The position numbers and the translations under genes are program-made. The notes below the pieces were generated by a model. It did no database searches, was not told the DNA's origin, and was given only the letters and a program-made list of their open reading frames with translations. Shown here one piece after another: positions 54,056 to 63,307 of a stretch of DNA of 64,000 nt; within the stretch, counting starts at the first letter, position 1; each line of letters starts with the position of its first letter. Location: contig DASZOU010000035.1 in assembly GCA_035550655.1 (NCBI GenBank), positions 1,495 through 65,494 of the forward strand. Direction: 5' to 3'. The DNA is from Mycobacteriales bacterium (GTDB lineage Bacteria; Actinomycetota; Actinomycetes; JAFAQI01).

Positions 54056-56682
54056 TGGTTGCCTCCTGTCCGGCGCGAGGGACGGCGGGATGCGGAGATC
54101 GCATGACCGACGCTGAACCTCGCAGCGCGGCGACCGATCCGGTAGCCGGCCCGACGCTCGCGTACGTGAGGTATCGCCGGCTGCGCCGCGAAGAACCGCC
54201 GCTTCGCGGTCTCGATGAGCACCAGGTAGCCAACGACCAGTCCGGCGATCACCACATAGATCCGCGCCGGTGGGGAGCGGAAGCCGAGGGTGTGGGCGAG
54301 CGGGGTGAGCGGCAGCAGCGCACCGACCGCAACCGCGCCGATTGCCGCGAGCAACAGCGGAACGCTGGGCCGGCTGCGGGTGAACGGCGAGCGGCGGGTG
54401 CGGATCACGAAGATCACCAATGTCTGGGTGGCGAGGGACTCCACGAACCAGCCGGTGCGGAACAGGCCCGCGTGGGCATGGAAGCCCCACACCAGGATCG
54501 CGAACGTGCCGAAGTCGAACAGCGATGACAGCGGACCGAAGACGAGCATGAAGCGGCGGATGAAGCCGATGTCCCAGCGTGACGGGCGCACGAGCTGTTC
54601 GGCGTCGACCTCGTCGGTGGGGATCGCGAGCTGGCTGCCGTCGTAGAGCAGGTTGTTCAGCAGGATCTGCCCCGGCAACATCGGCAGGAAGTTGAGGACG
54701 GCAGATGCCCCGGCGGCGCTGACCATGTTCCCGAAGTTGCTCGAGGTCCCCATCAGGACGTACTTGATCGTGTTGGCGAAGATCCGCCGGCCCTCGGCGA
54801 CGCCGTCGGCAAGGACGTTGAGGTCCTTCTCGAGCAGGATCACGTCGGCGGCGTCCTTCGCGACGTCCGTCGCGGTGTCGACCGAGATGCCGACGTCGGC
54901 CGCGTGAAGTGCGACCGCGTCATTGACGCCATCCCCGAGGAACGCGACGTCGAGATCTCGACGGCGTTCCGCGCGGACGATCCGTGCCTTGTGTTCGGGG
55001 CTGACTCGGGCGAACACGCTGGTCGTGGCGACCTTGTCGCGGAGCTCGTCGTCGTCGAGCGCGTCCACCTCCGCTCCTGTCATGACCCCGCCCGCGGCGA
55101 GCCCGAGCTGCTCACAGACGGTGGTCGCGACCGTCGGGTTGTCGCCCGTCACCACCTTGACGGTCACCCCGAGCCCTGCGAGGCGGGCCAGCGCCGAGGC
55201 GGCCGAGGCCTTCGGAGGGTCGAGAAACACCAAGAAGCCTCGCAGGGCCAGCTGACGCTCGTCGTCCTCGGCGATCGTGGTGAGGCCGGCCGCCGGCCGG
55301 GTGGCGACGGCAACGATCCGGTGGCCGGCAGCGAACTCGCGGTCGAGCAGCGTCGTCGCGCTCTCGGGCGACCGCTCGCAACGCGCCAGGATCGCCTCGG
55401 GTGCGCCCTTGGTGACCAGCACGCGATTCCCCGTCGGGTCGTCAACCAGGACGCTGAGCAGCCGACGGTCGTGGTCGAAGGGCAGCACCGCCACCCGCTG
55501 GTAGCGATCGGCTGTCTCGCGCGCGACGGCGCTGGCTGGTGAGGTCCACAGCGCGTCGTCGAGCGAGTTTGCCGCGACCGCGCCGGACCGCCCGACGGTG
55601 ACCTCGCAAGCAAGCAAGCCGAGCAGCAGCGCATCGTCGCCTGCGGTACCGTCCGGCGCGAGAGCGCGCATGAAGGCGATGCGGCCGTCGGTGAGAGTCC
55701 CGGTCTTGTCGGTGAGCAGAACCTCGATGTCCCCGAGATCCTCGATGCAGACCAGCCGCTTGACGAGGACCTGGCGTCGCGCCAGCCGTCGCGAGCCCGC
55801 CGCGAGGCTCGAGGAGACCACCGCGGGGAGCAGCTGCGGTGTGATGCCGACTGCGATCGCGAGCGAGAACAGCAAGGCCTCGATCACACTGCGCCCGAGG
55901 ACGATGTTCACGACGAGGACGGCGCTGGTGAGCAGTCCAGCGACCTCGGCCAGCAGCATCGAGAACTTCCGCAGCCCGGCCTGGAACTCCGTCTCGGGAT
56001 GCCGCTCGCCGAGCTCGAGTGCGATCCGGCCGAACTCCGTGCCACCGCCGGTGGCGACGACCACGCCGGTTCCGGTTCCCGCATGGACAACCGTTCCCAT
56101 CAGTCCGCAACACCGCAGCTCCGCCAGTGCCGAGCTAGCCGGAACGGCCTCCAGGCTCTTCTCCACCGGCAGCGACTCGCCCGTCATTGCGGACTCGTCA
56201 CACTCGAGGCCAGAAACCGACAGCAGTCGTACGTCGGCCGGAATCACCTCGCCGAGGCGAAGCACCAGGACGTCGCCGTGAACGAGCTCGGTGATGTCGA
56301 CCGACTGCGGCGAACCGTCGCGCATCACCAGAGCCAGGTGCCGGATCTGGGAGTGCAGCGCCTCGGTCGCCTTCTCAGCGCGGTACTCGTTGAAGAACCC
56401 GAGCCCGATCGACAGCGTCAGGATGACGGCGATGATCGCCGCGTCGTTGCGCTCGCCGAGGAAGAACGATGCCGTGGCGGTTGCGGCGAGCAGCAGCAGC
56501 AGCGGGGAACGGACCTGGCGCAGCAGTACCTGCAGTGCCTGGGTGTGATGTGACCGCAGCGCGTTGCGCCCGAAGTGCGCGAGCCGTTCCGCTGCCGCCG
56601 CTGCGGTCAGGCCCGCTGGCTGTGAGTCGACCTCTCGCAGCACCTGGTCAGCCGACAGCGCAGCTGCCTCGCTGACCAGCAT
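54052..56682 (-). CDS. cation-transporting P-type ATPase (MgtA / Ca2+-ATPase-like, type II/III)
   Basis: DKTGTLT phosphorylation site, TGES, and [19 protein letters not shown]. 876 aa. Confidence 0.9.
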   Translation of the reverse strand: MLVSEAAALSADQVLREVDSQPAGLTAAAAAERLAHFGRNALRSHHTQALQVLLRQVRSPLLLLLAATATASFFLGERNDAAIIAVILTLSIGLGFFNEYRAEKATEALHSQIRHLALVMRDGSPQSVDITELVHGDVLVLRLGEVIPADVRLLSVSGLECDESAMTGESLPVEKSLEAVPASSALAELRCCGLMGTVVHAGTGTGVVVATGGGTEFGRIALELGERHPETEFQAGLRKFSMLLAEVAGLLTSAVLVVNIVLGRSVIEALLFSLAIAVGITPQLLPAVVSSSLAAGSRRLARRQVLVKRLVCIEDLGDIEVLLTDKTGTLTDGRIAFMRALAPDGTAGDDALLLGLLACEVTVGRSGAVAANSLDDALWTSPASAVARETADRYQRVAVLPFDHDRRLLSVLVDDPTGNRVLVTKGAPEAILARCERSPESATTLLDREFAAGHRIVAVATRPAAGLTTIAEDDERQLALRGFLVFLDPPKASAASALARLAGLGVTVKVVTGDNPTVATTVCEQLGLAAGGVMTGAEVDALDDDELRDKVATTSVFARVSPEHKARIVRAERRRDLDVAFLGDGVNDAVALHAADVGISVDTATDVAKDAADVILLEKDLNVLADGVAEGRRIFANTIKYVLMGTSSNFGNMVSAAGASAVLNFLPMLPGQILLNNLLYDGSQLAIPTDEVDAEQLVRPSRWDIGFIRRFMLVFGPLSSLFDFGTFAILVWGFHAHAGLFRTGWFVESLATQTLVIFVIRTRRSPFTRSRPSVPLLLAAIGAVAVGALLPLTPLAHTLGFRSPPARIYVVIAGLVVGYLVLIETAKRRFFAAQPAIPHVRERRAGYRIGRRAARFSVGHAISASRRPSRRTGGNQ

Positions 56683-56748
56683 GCCTCCAGCCTGCCGGTC
56701 CGGACGACCGTCGCATAGGGCACAAAGTCGGTTGGTGCAGCGACCGGC

Positions 56749-57879
56749 TCAGCTCGCTGCAGCGGCGCTCGCCACCACGGCGGCGGTGGCGAGCAGCAGC
56801 TCCTCGCCACCCAGCGGGCCCACGAGCTGCAGGCTGGCGGGCACCGCCGAGCCCTCGGTGCGGATCGGTTGCGCGGTGCAGGGCGTGCCCGCCGCGTTGA
56901 ACGGCGTCACGTGGCTCGTGATCTCCATGACGGTCGTCAGGAACGTGTCGGGGGTGAGCGCGTCGAGGCGCGGCGGGAACACCGGCAAGGTGGGCAGCGC
57001 AAGCAGCTCGACCTGCTCGAAGAGCCGCAGGGTCGACTCGCGCCAGGTCCGCAGCTGCGTTCGTGCCGTGTCCACCCCCGCCGAGAAGTCCGGCGCCATC
57101 GCCAGCATTCCGGCGACATCTTCGGTGATGCCGTCCGGATGATTCGCGACGAGCTTGCCGTCGGATTCCATCAGCTCCGCGAAGTAGATCGGCGTCCAGA
57201 GCTCCGAGCCGGCCGCGATCGGGAAGAACTCGATGTCGACGACGGTGAAGCCGGCCTCGCGCAGGGCGTGATCCACGGCCGCTTCGATGCGGGGGTCGCC
57301 GGCGGTGCGGACCCGACCCACGGTCGTCGCGGCGTTCGACGCAACGGTGAAGCCCGGCTCGAGCAGCTCCATGCCGCGGACGAGCCCGGCGACGTCGCGA
57401 GCCATCGGCCCGATCGTGTCGAAGCTCGGCGCCAGCGGCCATACCCCGTCGAGGGACACCCGGCCGTGGGTGGTCTTCAGCCCGCTGGTGCCGCAGCACG
57501 CGGACGGGATCCGGACCGATCCGCCGGTGTCCGAGCCGAGCGCGACGTCCGCCTCGTCGTTGGCGACCGCGGTTGCGGAGCCGCTGCTCGACCCGCCCGG
57601 GATCAGGCTCCGGTCGAGTGGGTTGACCGGGCTGCCGAACCATGGGTTGGTGCCGATCGGCAGCGCGGCGAGCTCGTGCAGGTTGGCCTTGCCGACGATC
57701 CGCGCGTTCGCGGCTCTGGCACCGGCCAGGCAGGCGGCGTCGGAAGCTGCAGGCTTCGCGATGCGCTCCAGGGCACGAGAGCCCGCCGTGGTGGGGACGC
57801 CCGCGACGTCGATGAGGTCCTTGACGGCGAGCCGCGTTCCGTCACCGGTCGCGTCGAGCTTGGTGATGAAGGTCGTCAT
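56749..57879 (-). CDS. amidase (amidase-signature family)
   Basis: GGSSSGSATAVA and GSDTGGSVRIPSACCG signature. Confidence 0.85.
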   Translation of the reverse strand: MTTFITKLDATGDGTRLAVKDLIDVAGVPTTAGSRALERIAKPAASDAACLAGARAANARIVGKANLHELAALPIGTNPWFGSPVNPLDRSLIPGGSSSGSATAVANDEADVALGSDTGGSVRIPSACCGTSGLKTTHGRVSLDGVWPLAPSFDTIGPMARDVAGLVRGMELLEPGFTVASNAATTVGRVRTAGDPRIEAAVDHALREAGFTVVDIEFFPIAAGSELWTPIYFAELMESDGKLVANHPDGITEDVAGMLAMAPDFSAGVDTARTQLRTWRESTLRLFEQVELLALPTLPVFPPRLDALTPDTFLTTVMEITSHVTPFNAAGTPCTAQPIRTEGSAVPASLQLVGPLGGEELLLATAAVVASAAAAS

Positions 57880-57915
57880 GTGGATGAGCCTGCCTCATGC
57901 CGGCCGCCGGTCGCA

Positions 57916-57933
57916 TCGGGAGAACTCCCCATC
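57916..57933. promoter_or_regulatory. 18-bp motif TCGGGAGAACTCCCCATC, site A
   Basis: Exact reverse complement of 59488..59505. Overlaps the regulator's stop codon and lies 37 bp upstream of the amidase start. Confidence 0.5.
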
Positions 57934-59458
57934 ATGAGTCCCGGCCGGCGGGGACCAGTCCGTTCTCGATGGCGAACAGCGCCGCCGCGCCCCGCGTCGA
58001 CGCGCCGATCTTCCGGTAGATGTGCTGGACGTGGTGGTCGGCGGTCTTCGGCGAGACGACGAGCTGAGCCGCGATCTCGCGTGTGGTGAGCCCCAGTGCC
58101 ATGAGGCGTACGACGTCGACCTCGCGGCTGGTGAGCCCGCCGGGCTGTGCGGGGCGGGCAACCCGGCGATGGCCTGCTGAGGCGAGCACCCGCTCGACGG
58201 CTTCGCCGTCCAGCCGGCCGGCGGACGCGTCGCGTCTGAGCTCGGCGGCCGCCTCGGCTGCGGTCAACGCAGCGCGATGCGGCCGGTCGGAGACCATCGC
58301 CTGGTAGGAGTCGGCGGCGGCGACGACCCGCGCCGCCTCGTCGAGCTCGCCGGCCGTCGGGCGCCGGTGGTAGCCGGACTGGTCGAGGCGCTCGTGGGCG
58401 CCACCGGCCGGGACGGCGAGCCGAGCCGTGAAGGCAAGTCGGCGCAACAGCTGGTCAGTGACCATCGCATGGGTTTCCATGCGTTCGCGTTCGTCGCGGG
58501 TGAGCGGACTGGGCTTGTCCAGGATCGAGTTCGGGATGGCGACGACGCCGAAGTCGTGCACCAGCGCCGCTGCCTCGGCGAGCGGTCCGCTTGCCTCGCG
58601 GGCGAGACCGGCGACGGCGCGGGAGTGGCCGCCCGTCCACGGCGACTTGAGGTCGGTGAAGTCGGCGAGGACGAGCAGCGCGTCGTGCGCCTCCGCCTCC
58701 GTGAGAGCGTGGCCCGGCGGTGCGACATCGAGTGCCGCGTCCCACGGATCCGCCGCGACGACCTCGTCGTACCAGTTCGGGCCGTGAGCCACGACGAGGT
58801 CGGCCAGCGTCGGGTCGTAGGTCTTGCCCCGGCGGGCGCGGATGGTGGCGACAGCGGCGTGGACGTCGGCGGCACGCGCCAGCGCTTCGAACTCCTGCGA
58901 CAGCTGGGTCACCCGCATCGGCAGCGGGATCGCCGTGCCCTTGCAGCCGGTAGGGAAGCCGCGACCGTTCCAGCGCTCGAAGCTGGTCGCGAGCGAGGCC
59001 CGGACCGAGGAATCGACGCCGAGCCGGGTTGCCAGGACGTCGCTGACCTCGCACGCCGTTCGGAAGTTCATCTCCATGGCGGCTCGGCCGGTGGCCAGTA
59101 CGCCGAGCAGCGCGCGGACTCGATCCAAGCCGTGCCGGCCGGGCCCGGCGTGGGCCAGCATCAGGCGAACCATCTCGGGCGGACTCGCGTTGTCGGCGAG
59201 CATCGCCTCCGCCCGCACCTCGATCTCGTCGCCGAACAGCTGCGCCATGTCGAAGGCATGACTCGTGCAGCCGAGGAATCGGAGCGTGCCCGTCCACCAG
59301 CAGGTCTCCAGCTCGGCCGCACTCGCGCCCGCCGCTTCGGCGAGGCGCTGTCCCAGGACGGTCGCCCGCAGCTGGGAGCCCGCGGGTTGCGCGAAAGCGT
59401 GGTCCTGCCCCACCGCGAGCAGAGCCGCGATCTCCGCTCGGGTCACCCCCGGGTTCAT
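57932..59458 (-). CDS. HD-GYP-like domain + LuxR-type HTH transcriptional regulator
   Basis: VHDFGVV and GGAHERLDQSGYHRR (HD-GYP with GYP changed to GYH). C-terminal LuxR HTH LTSREVDVVRLMALGLTTREIAAQLVVSPKTADHHVQHIYRKIG. Confidence 0.7.
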   Translation of the reverse strand: MNPGVTRAEIAALLAVGQDHAFAQPAGSQLRATVLGQRLAEAAGASAAELETCWWTGTLRFLGCTSHAFDMAQLFGDEIEVRAEAMLADNASPPEMVRLMLAHAGPGRHGLDRVRALLGVLATGRAAMEMNFRTACEVSDVLATRLGVDSSVRASLATSFERWNGRGFPTGCKGTAIPLPMRVTQLSQEFEALARAADVHAAVATIRARRGKTYDPTLADLVVAHGPNWYDEVVAADPWDAALDVAPPGHALTEAEAHDALLVLADFTDLKSPWTGGHSRAVAGLAREASGPLAEAAALVHDFGVVAIPNSILDKPSPLTRDERERMETHAMVTDQLLRRLAFTARLAVPAGGAHERLDQSGYHRRPTAGELDEAARVVAAADSYQAMVSDRPHRAALTAAEAAAELRRDASAGRLDGEAVERVLASAGHRRVARPAQPGGLTSREVDVVRLMALGLTTREIAAQLVVSPKTADHHVQHIYRKIGASTRGAAALFAIENGLVPAGRDS

Positions 59459-59487
59459 GACCGCCACCGTAGACGGACGCTCGGGAA

Positions 59488-59505
59488 GATGGGGAGTTCT
59501 CCCGA
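59488..59505. promoter_or_regulatory. 18-bp motif GATGGGGAGTTCTCCCGA, site B (inverted copy of site A)
   Basis: Lies in the divergent region between the HD-GYP/LuxR start (59458) and the SnoaL-like start (59582). Confidence 0.5.
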
Positions 59506-59581
59506 CGCGCCGAGGCCCACCTTCGCCCGATGCTCGAAGAACCGGGCGCGAGCCAGCGCCCCCGTTAGTGAGGGGTGGGAC

Positions 59582-59977
59582 ATGAGTGGGTTCGACGAGG
59601 CGTCGGTCGCGGAGTTCCTCGACCAGCTGTGCAAGGCATGGGAGACCAACGACGGCGCGGAGCTCGGCTCGCTGTTCACCGGCGACGGATCGCTCATCAA
59701 TCCGTTCGGTCAGCGGGCCGAGGGGCGGTCAGGCGTCGCGGCGATGTACGCCGAGTACTTCACCGGCATCTTGGCCGGCACCTCGACCTCGGTCACCGGG
59801 CAAGCCGTGCGACCGATCGATGACCGCCATGCGCTGGTGGACGTGGAGCAGACGATTCTGGGTGCCGACGGAGCGGTCGTGCTCGCCGTTCATCTGACGG
59901 CGCTGCTTCGTTGCGAGGACGGGCAGTTGCGGTTCGTCGACGCGCGGCCGTATGCCTTCCAGGATGCGCCTGCCTGA
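59582..59977 (+). CDS. SnoaL-like / NTF2-like (DUF4440-type) protein
   Basis: 131 aa. Family-typical FLDQLCKAWETNDGAELGSLFTGDGSLINPFG. ATG after GAGGGGTGGGAC. Confidence 0.55.
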   Translation: MSGFDEASVAEFLDQLCKAWETNDGAELGSLFTGDGSLINPFGQRAEGRSGVAAMYAEYFTGILAGTSTSVTGQAVRPIDDRHALVDVEQTILGADGAVVLAVHLTALLRCEDGQLRFVDARPYAFQDAPA

Positions 59978-59990
59978 GCCGCAGCTGCGC

Positions 59991-61667
59991 TCATCGAATC
60001 GGCGGGCGCACTCGAATGATCTCGTCGAGGCCGTCGATGCCCTCGAGGTCGTGCGTGATCAGAAGCAGGGTGTGGCCCTCCGTGGCCGCGAGGAGGTCGG
60101 CCAGAAGCTCGCGGCTGGTGTCCGGGTCGAGATGTGCGGTGGGCTCGTCGAGAACGAGAATGGGCGGGTCCGCCAGGAGCGCCCGCGCCAGCATCAGCCG
60201 TTGTGCCTGACCGCCCGACAGCTCGGCGCCATGAGTGCCGACGGGGGTCTCCCATCCGAGCGGCAGCGACTGGATGAAGTCGAGCAGTCGCACCCGTTCG
60301 GCGACGTCGTCGAGCTGCTGTTGGCTGGCGTCGGGTCTGGCCAAGCGCACGTTCTCGCGGATCGTCGAGTCGAAGACATGGCCGTCCGCGGGCGCGCCGC
60401 CCACGATCGCTCGAACGTCGTCGGCGGCGTACGCGGCAAGCGGCTGTCCGTTGAGCAGCGCCTGCCCGCTGTCGAGGTCCAGGAACCGGAACAGGATCGA
60501 GGCGACGGTGCTCTTGCCCGCCCCCGACGGACCGATCAGCGCGACGCGCCGACCGGGTGGCAGGTCGACGGACAAGCGGTCCAGCGCCAGCGGTTCGGCG
60601 GCGCCGTAGCGCGCCCGGGCGCCGATCAGCTGCAGGTGGATCGGTGCGGTGGGCGGCGGCAGTGGCGTTGCGGGATCCGCCACCGGCGTCGGTGCATCGA
60701 GCACCTCCAGCACGCGCCGGGAGCCGGCCCGCACCGACGCGAGCTGCTGGGCCGCCGCGGTGAGCGGGTTGGTTGCCTCGAACGCCGCCAGGCCGGTCAG
60801 CACCACGACGGCCACGCCGATCCGGTCGAGGCCGTGCGTCGCCGCTGCGACCGCGACGAGAAGCAACAGCCAGACGGTGCCGCCGGCCATCAGCGATGAC
60901 AAGCCGGCGCCCAGCCCACCCACGAATGCTCGCCGTCGCGCGGCCACTGTCAGCGTCGCGTCGTCGCTCGCCAGTGCAGCGACGGCCACCTGCTCGTGTC
61001 CGAAGGCCACGAGCTCCTGATAGCCCTCGAGCAGATCGGTGACCTTGGTCGCGAGTGACGCGCGGGCGGCTGCGACCTGCTGTTCGGCTCGCGCGGCAAG
61101 CCGCACGACCAGGGCGGGGACGAGCACGCCCGCGAGGAGAAGTCCGGCCGCGAGGACAGCGGCGGCGGGCAGGTAGATGAGGGCGAGTCCGACCGCTGCG
61201 CCGCCGCCCACGACGAACGCCACCAGCGGTGGGGTGACGCCCCGGATGAAGATGTCCTGGACCGCGTCGACGTCGCTGACGAGCCGGTTGAGCAGATCGC
61301 CGGTGCGCTTGCCGCGGAGGCCGGCGGGAGCGATCCGTTCCAGGGCGGCGAACACCCGCACCCGCAGGTCGGCGAGGACCCGGAACGCCGCGTCGTGCGA
61401 CGACAGCCGCTCGAGGTAGCGGAACAGCCCACGGCCGATGCCGAAGGCTCGAACCGCAACCACGGCGACTGCCAGTGCTACCTCGTTTGGATGCTCCGAG
61501 GCGCGGGCGATGAGGAAGCCGGACACCGCGAACAGTCCCACCCCGCAGGCGACGGTGGCTGCGCCGGCCAGCACGGCGACGAGCATTCGGGCCCGAAGCG
61601 GCCGGGCATCGGCAACGATGCGCCACACCGGATGGTTCCCGCGAGTCGCGGCGACAGTCGTCATCAC
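59991..61667 (-). CDS. cydC: thiol reductant ABC exporter subunit CydC (permease-ATPase)
   Basis: Six-TM domain plus a nucleotide-binding domain (GPSGAGKST, LSGGQAQRL). Follows the CydD-like gene with a 4-bp overlap. Confidence 0.7.
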   Translation of the reverse strand: MMTTVAATRGNHPVWRIVADARPLRARMLVAVLAGAATVACGVGLFAVSGFLIARASEHPNEVALAVAVVAVRAFGIGRGLFRYLERLSSHDAAFRVLADLRVRVFAALERIAPAGLRGKRTGDLLNRLVSDVDAVQDIFIRGVTPPLVAFVVGGGAAVGLALIYLPAAAVLAAGLLLAGVLVPALVVRLAARAEQQVAAARASLATKVTDLLEGYQELVAFGHEQVAVAALASDDATLTVAARRRAFVGGLGAGLSSLMAGGTVWLLLLVAVAAATHGLDRIGVAVVVLTGLAAFEATNPLTAAAQQLASVRAGSRRVLEVLDAPTPVADPATPLPPPTAPIHLQLIGARARYGAAEPLALDRLSVDLPPGRRVALIGPSGAGKSTVASILFRFLDLDSGQALLNGQPLAAYAADDVRAIVGGAPADGHVFDSTIRENVRLARPDASQQQLDDVAERVRLLDFIQSLPLGWETPVGTHGAELSGGQAQRLMLARALLADPPILVLDEPTAHLDPDTSRELLADLLAATEGHTLLLITHDLEGIDGLDEIIRVRPPIR

Positions 61668-63307
61668 ACCAGCACCGGCGCTTCGTGAAGGATCCGGCCT
61701 GCCTGCATCGCGACGATCCGGTCAGCATCGGCCGTCCAGCCGTGGACGTGACTGATCGTGACGACGGTGCGGCCGAGCGCCAGTCGGTCCACGGCGGTCC
61801 GCAGGTCCTCGGCAGTCGACTGGTCCAGGTGCGCCGTCGGCTCATCCAACAGCAGCAGCGGCGCATCGCGCAGGAAGGCGCGTGCCAGTGCCACCCGCTG
61901 ACGCTGGCCGCTGGACAAGGTCAGTCCGCGTTCGCCCACGACGGTGTCCAGCTCGGCGAAGTCGAGGACGCCGGCGGCGGCTGCGGCGAGCCGGAGGCGA
62001 GCGTCGGTCGCCGCGGAATCGCCGAGGCGGATGTTGGCCGCGACGGTGCCGGCGAACAGGTGGGCGCGCTGCGGAACCCATGCGATCTGGCGCCGCCAGT
62101 CGGCGACGTCGACGCCGCGAAGGTCAACGCCGTCGACGGTGATCCGGCCGGAGGTGGGCTCGCGGAGACCGAGGAGCAAGGACAGCAGCGAGCTCTTCCC
62201 TGCTCCGCTCGGTCCGACAACGGCGAGTCGCTCGCCGGGATGGATGGTGAGACTCAGATCGGAAACGGCCGGTTCGGCGCGAGCGGGGTACTGCAGCCCG
62301 ACGCCTTCGAGGCGAATCGTGGCATCCCGAAGGTCGACGCTCGTCGCGGCGGGAGACGACCGCCTCGTGGTGGTCGGTACGTCGAGGATGTCCAGGGCCT
62401 CCTGGGCAGCCGTGACCCCCTCCGCGCTGGCATGGAACTGCGCGCCGACCGCGCGAAGCGGAAGGTAGGCCTCTGGAGCCAGCAGCAGAACCAGCAGCGC
62501 CGTCTCGTAGGACAGGTGCCCCGACAGCAGCCGCAGGCCGACCTCGACGGCGACCAAGGCGGTCGCGAGCGTGGCGAGCAGCTCGAGGACCAGCGCAGAC
62601 AGGAACGCGATGCGCAGGGTCGCCATCGTTGCCCGGCGGTGCTCGTCGGTGATCCGCCGAATCGCGGCCACCTGAGCCTTCGCCCGTCCGAACAGCTTCA
62701 ACGTCGGCAGGCCCTCCACGACGTCGAGAAAGTGCCCACCGAGCCTCGCCAGCAGGAGCCACTGCCGTTCGGTGCGCGCCCGCGTGTGCAGGCCGATCAG
62801 CACCATGAAGACGGGGATGAGCGGGAGGGTCACCGCGATCGTGATGGCGGAGACCGCATCCGCGGTTGCGACCCGGATCAGGACCGCGACCGGAACGAGG
62901 AGGGCGAGAACGAGCTGCGGCAGGTATCGCGCGAAGTACGGGTCCAGTGCGTCGAGGCCGCGCGTGATCAAGGTGGTCGTCCGGCCGGTTGCTGCCGGTG
63001 GACCGTCCACGGCGAGGCGCGACGCGACGGCGAGTCGCAACTGCGACTTGATCGAGGCCGCCGCTCGCAATGCGGTGACCTCTCCGCCGTACGTCGCGAG
63101 AGCGCGTCCCGTCACGGCCGCGGCGAGGACCACGAGGCTGGTCCGGAGCGAAGCGAGGCCGTCGTGGGCGTGCGCGATGACGTGAGCGAGCAGGCCCGCC
63201 TGAGCGAGCACGAGAGCGGTGGTCAGCAGGCCAATGCCGACGGTCGTGGCGAGGTAGCCCTTGACCGCCGAGGCGAACCGGTTCAGCCGAGGGTCGTACG
63301 GCTTCAT
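61664..63307 (-). CDS. cydD: thiol reductant ABC exporter subunit CydD (permease-ATPase)
   Basis: Start MKPYDPRLNRFASAVKGYL is typical of CydD. Nucleotide-binding domain GPSGAGKSSLL and LSSGQRQRV. The ORF-track extension to 63457 is rejected. Confidence 0.7.
   Translation of the reverse strand: MKPYDPRLNRFASAVKGYLATTVGIGLLTTALVLAQAGLLAHVIAHAHDGLASLRTSLVVLAAAVTGRALATYGGEVTALRAAASIKSQLRLAVASRLAVDGPPAATGRTTTLITRGLDALDPYFARYLPQLVLALLVPVAVLIRVATADAVSAITIAVTLPLIPVFMVLIGLHTRARTERQWLLLARLGGHFLDVVEGLPTLKLFGRAKAQVAAIRRITDEHRRATMATLRIAFLSALVLELLATLATALVAVEVGLRLLSGHLSYETALLVLLLAPEAYLPLRAVGAQFHASAEGVTAAQEALDILDVPTTTRRSSPAATSVDLRDATIRLEGVGLQYPARAEPAVSDLSLTIHPGERLAVVGPSGAGKSSLLSLLLGLREPTSGRITVDGVDLRGVDVADWRRQIAWVPQRAHLFAGTVAANIRLGDSAATDARLRLAAAAAGVLDFAELDTVVGERGLTLSSGQRQRVALARAFLRDAPLLLLDEPTAHLDQSTAEDLRTAVDRLALGRTVVTISHVHGWTADADRIVAMQAGRILHEAPVLV

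Noticed and set aside
56683-56748. Mg2+ (M-box) riboswitch upstream of the P-type ATPase
   Set aside because: Only 66 bp separate it from the amidase stop, too short for an M-box (about 160 nt). The ATPase subtype is also not established.
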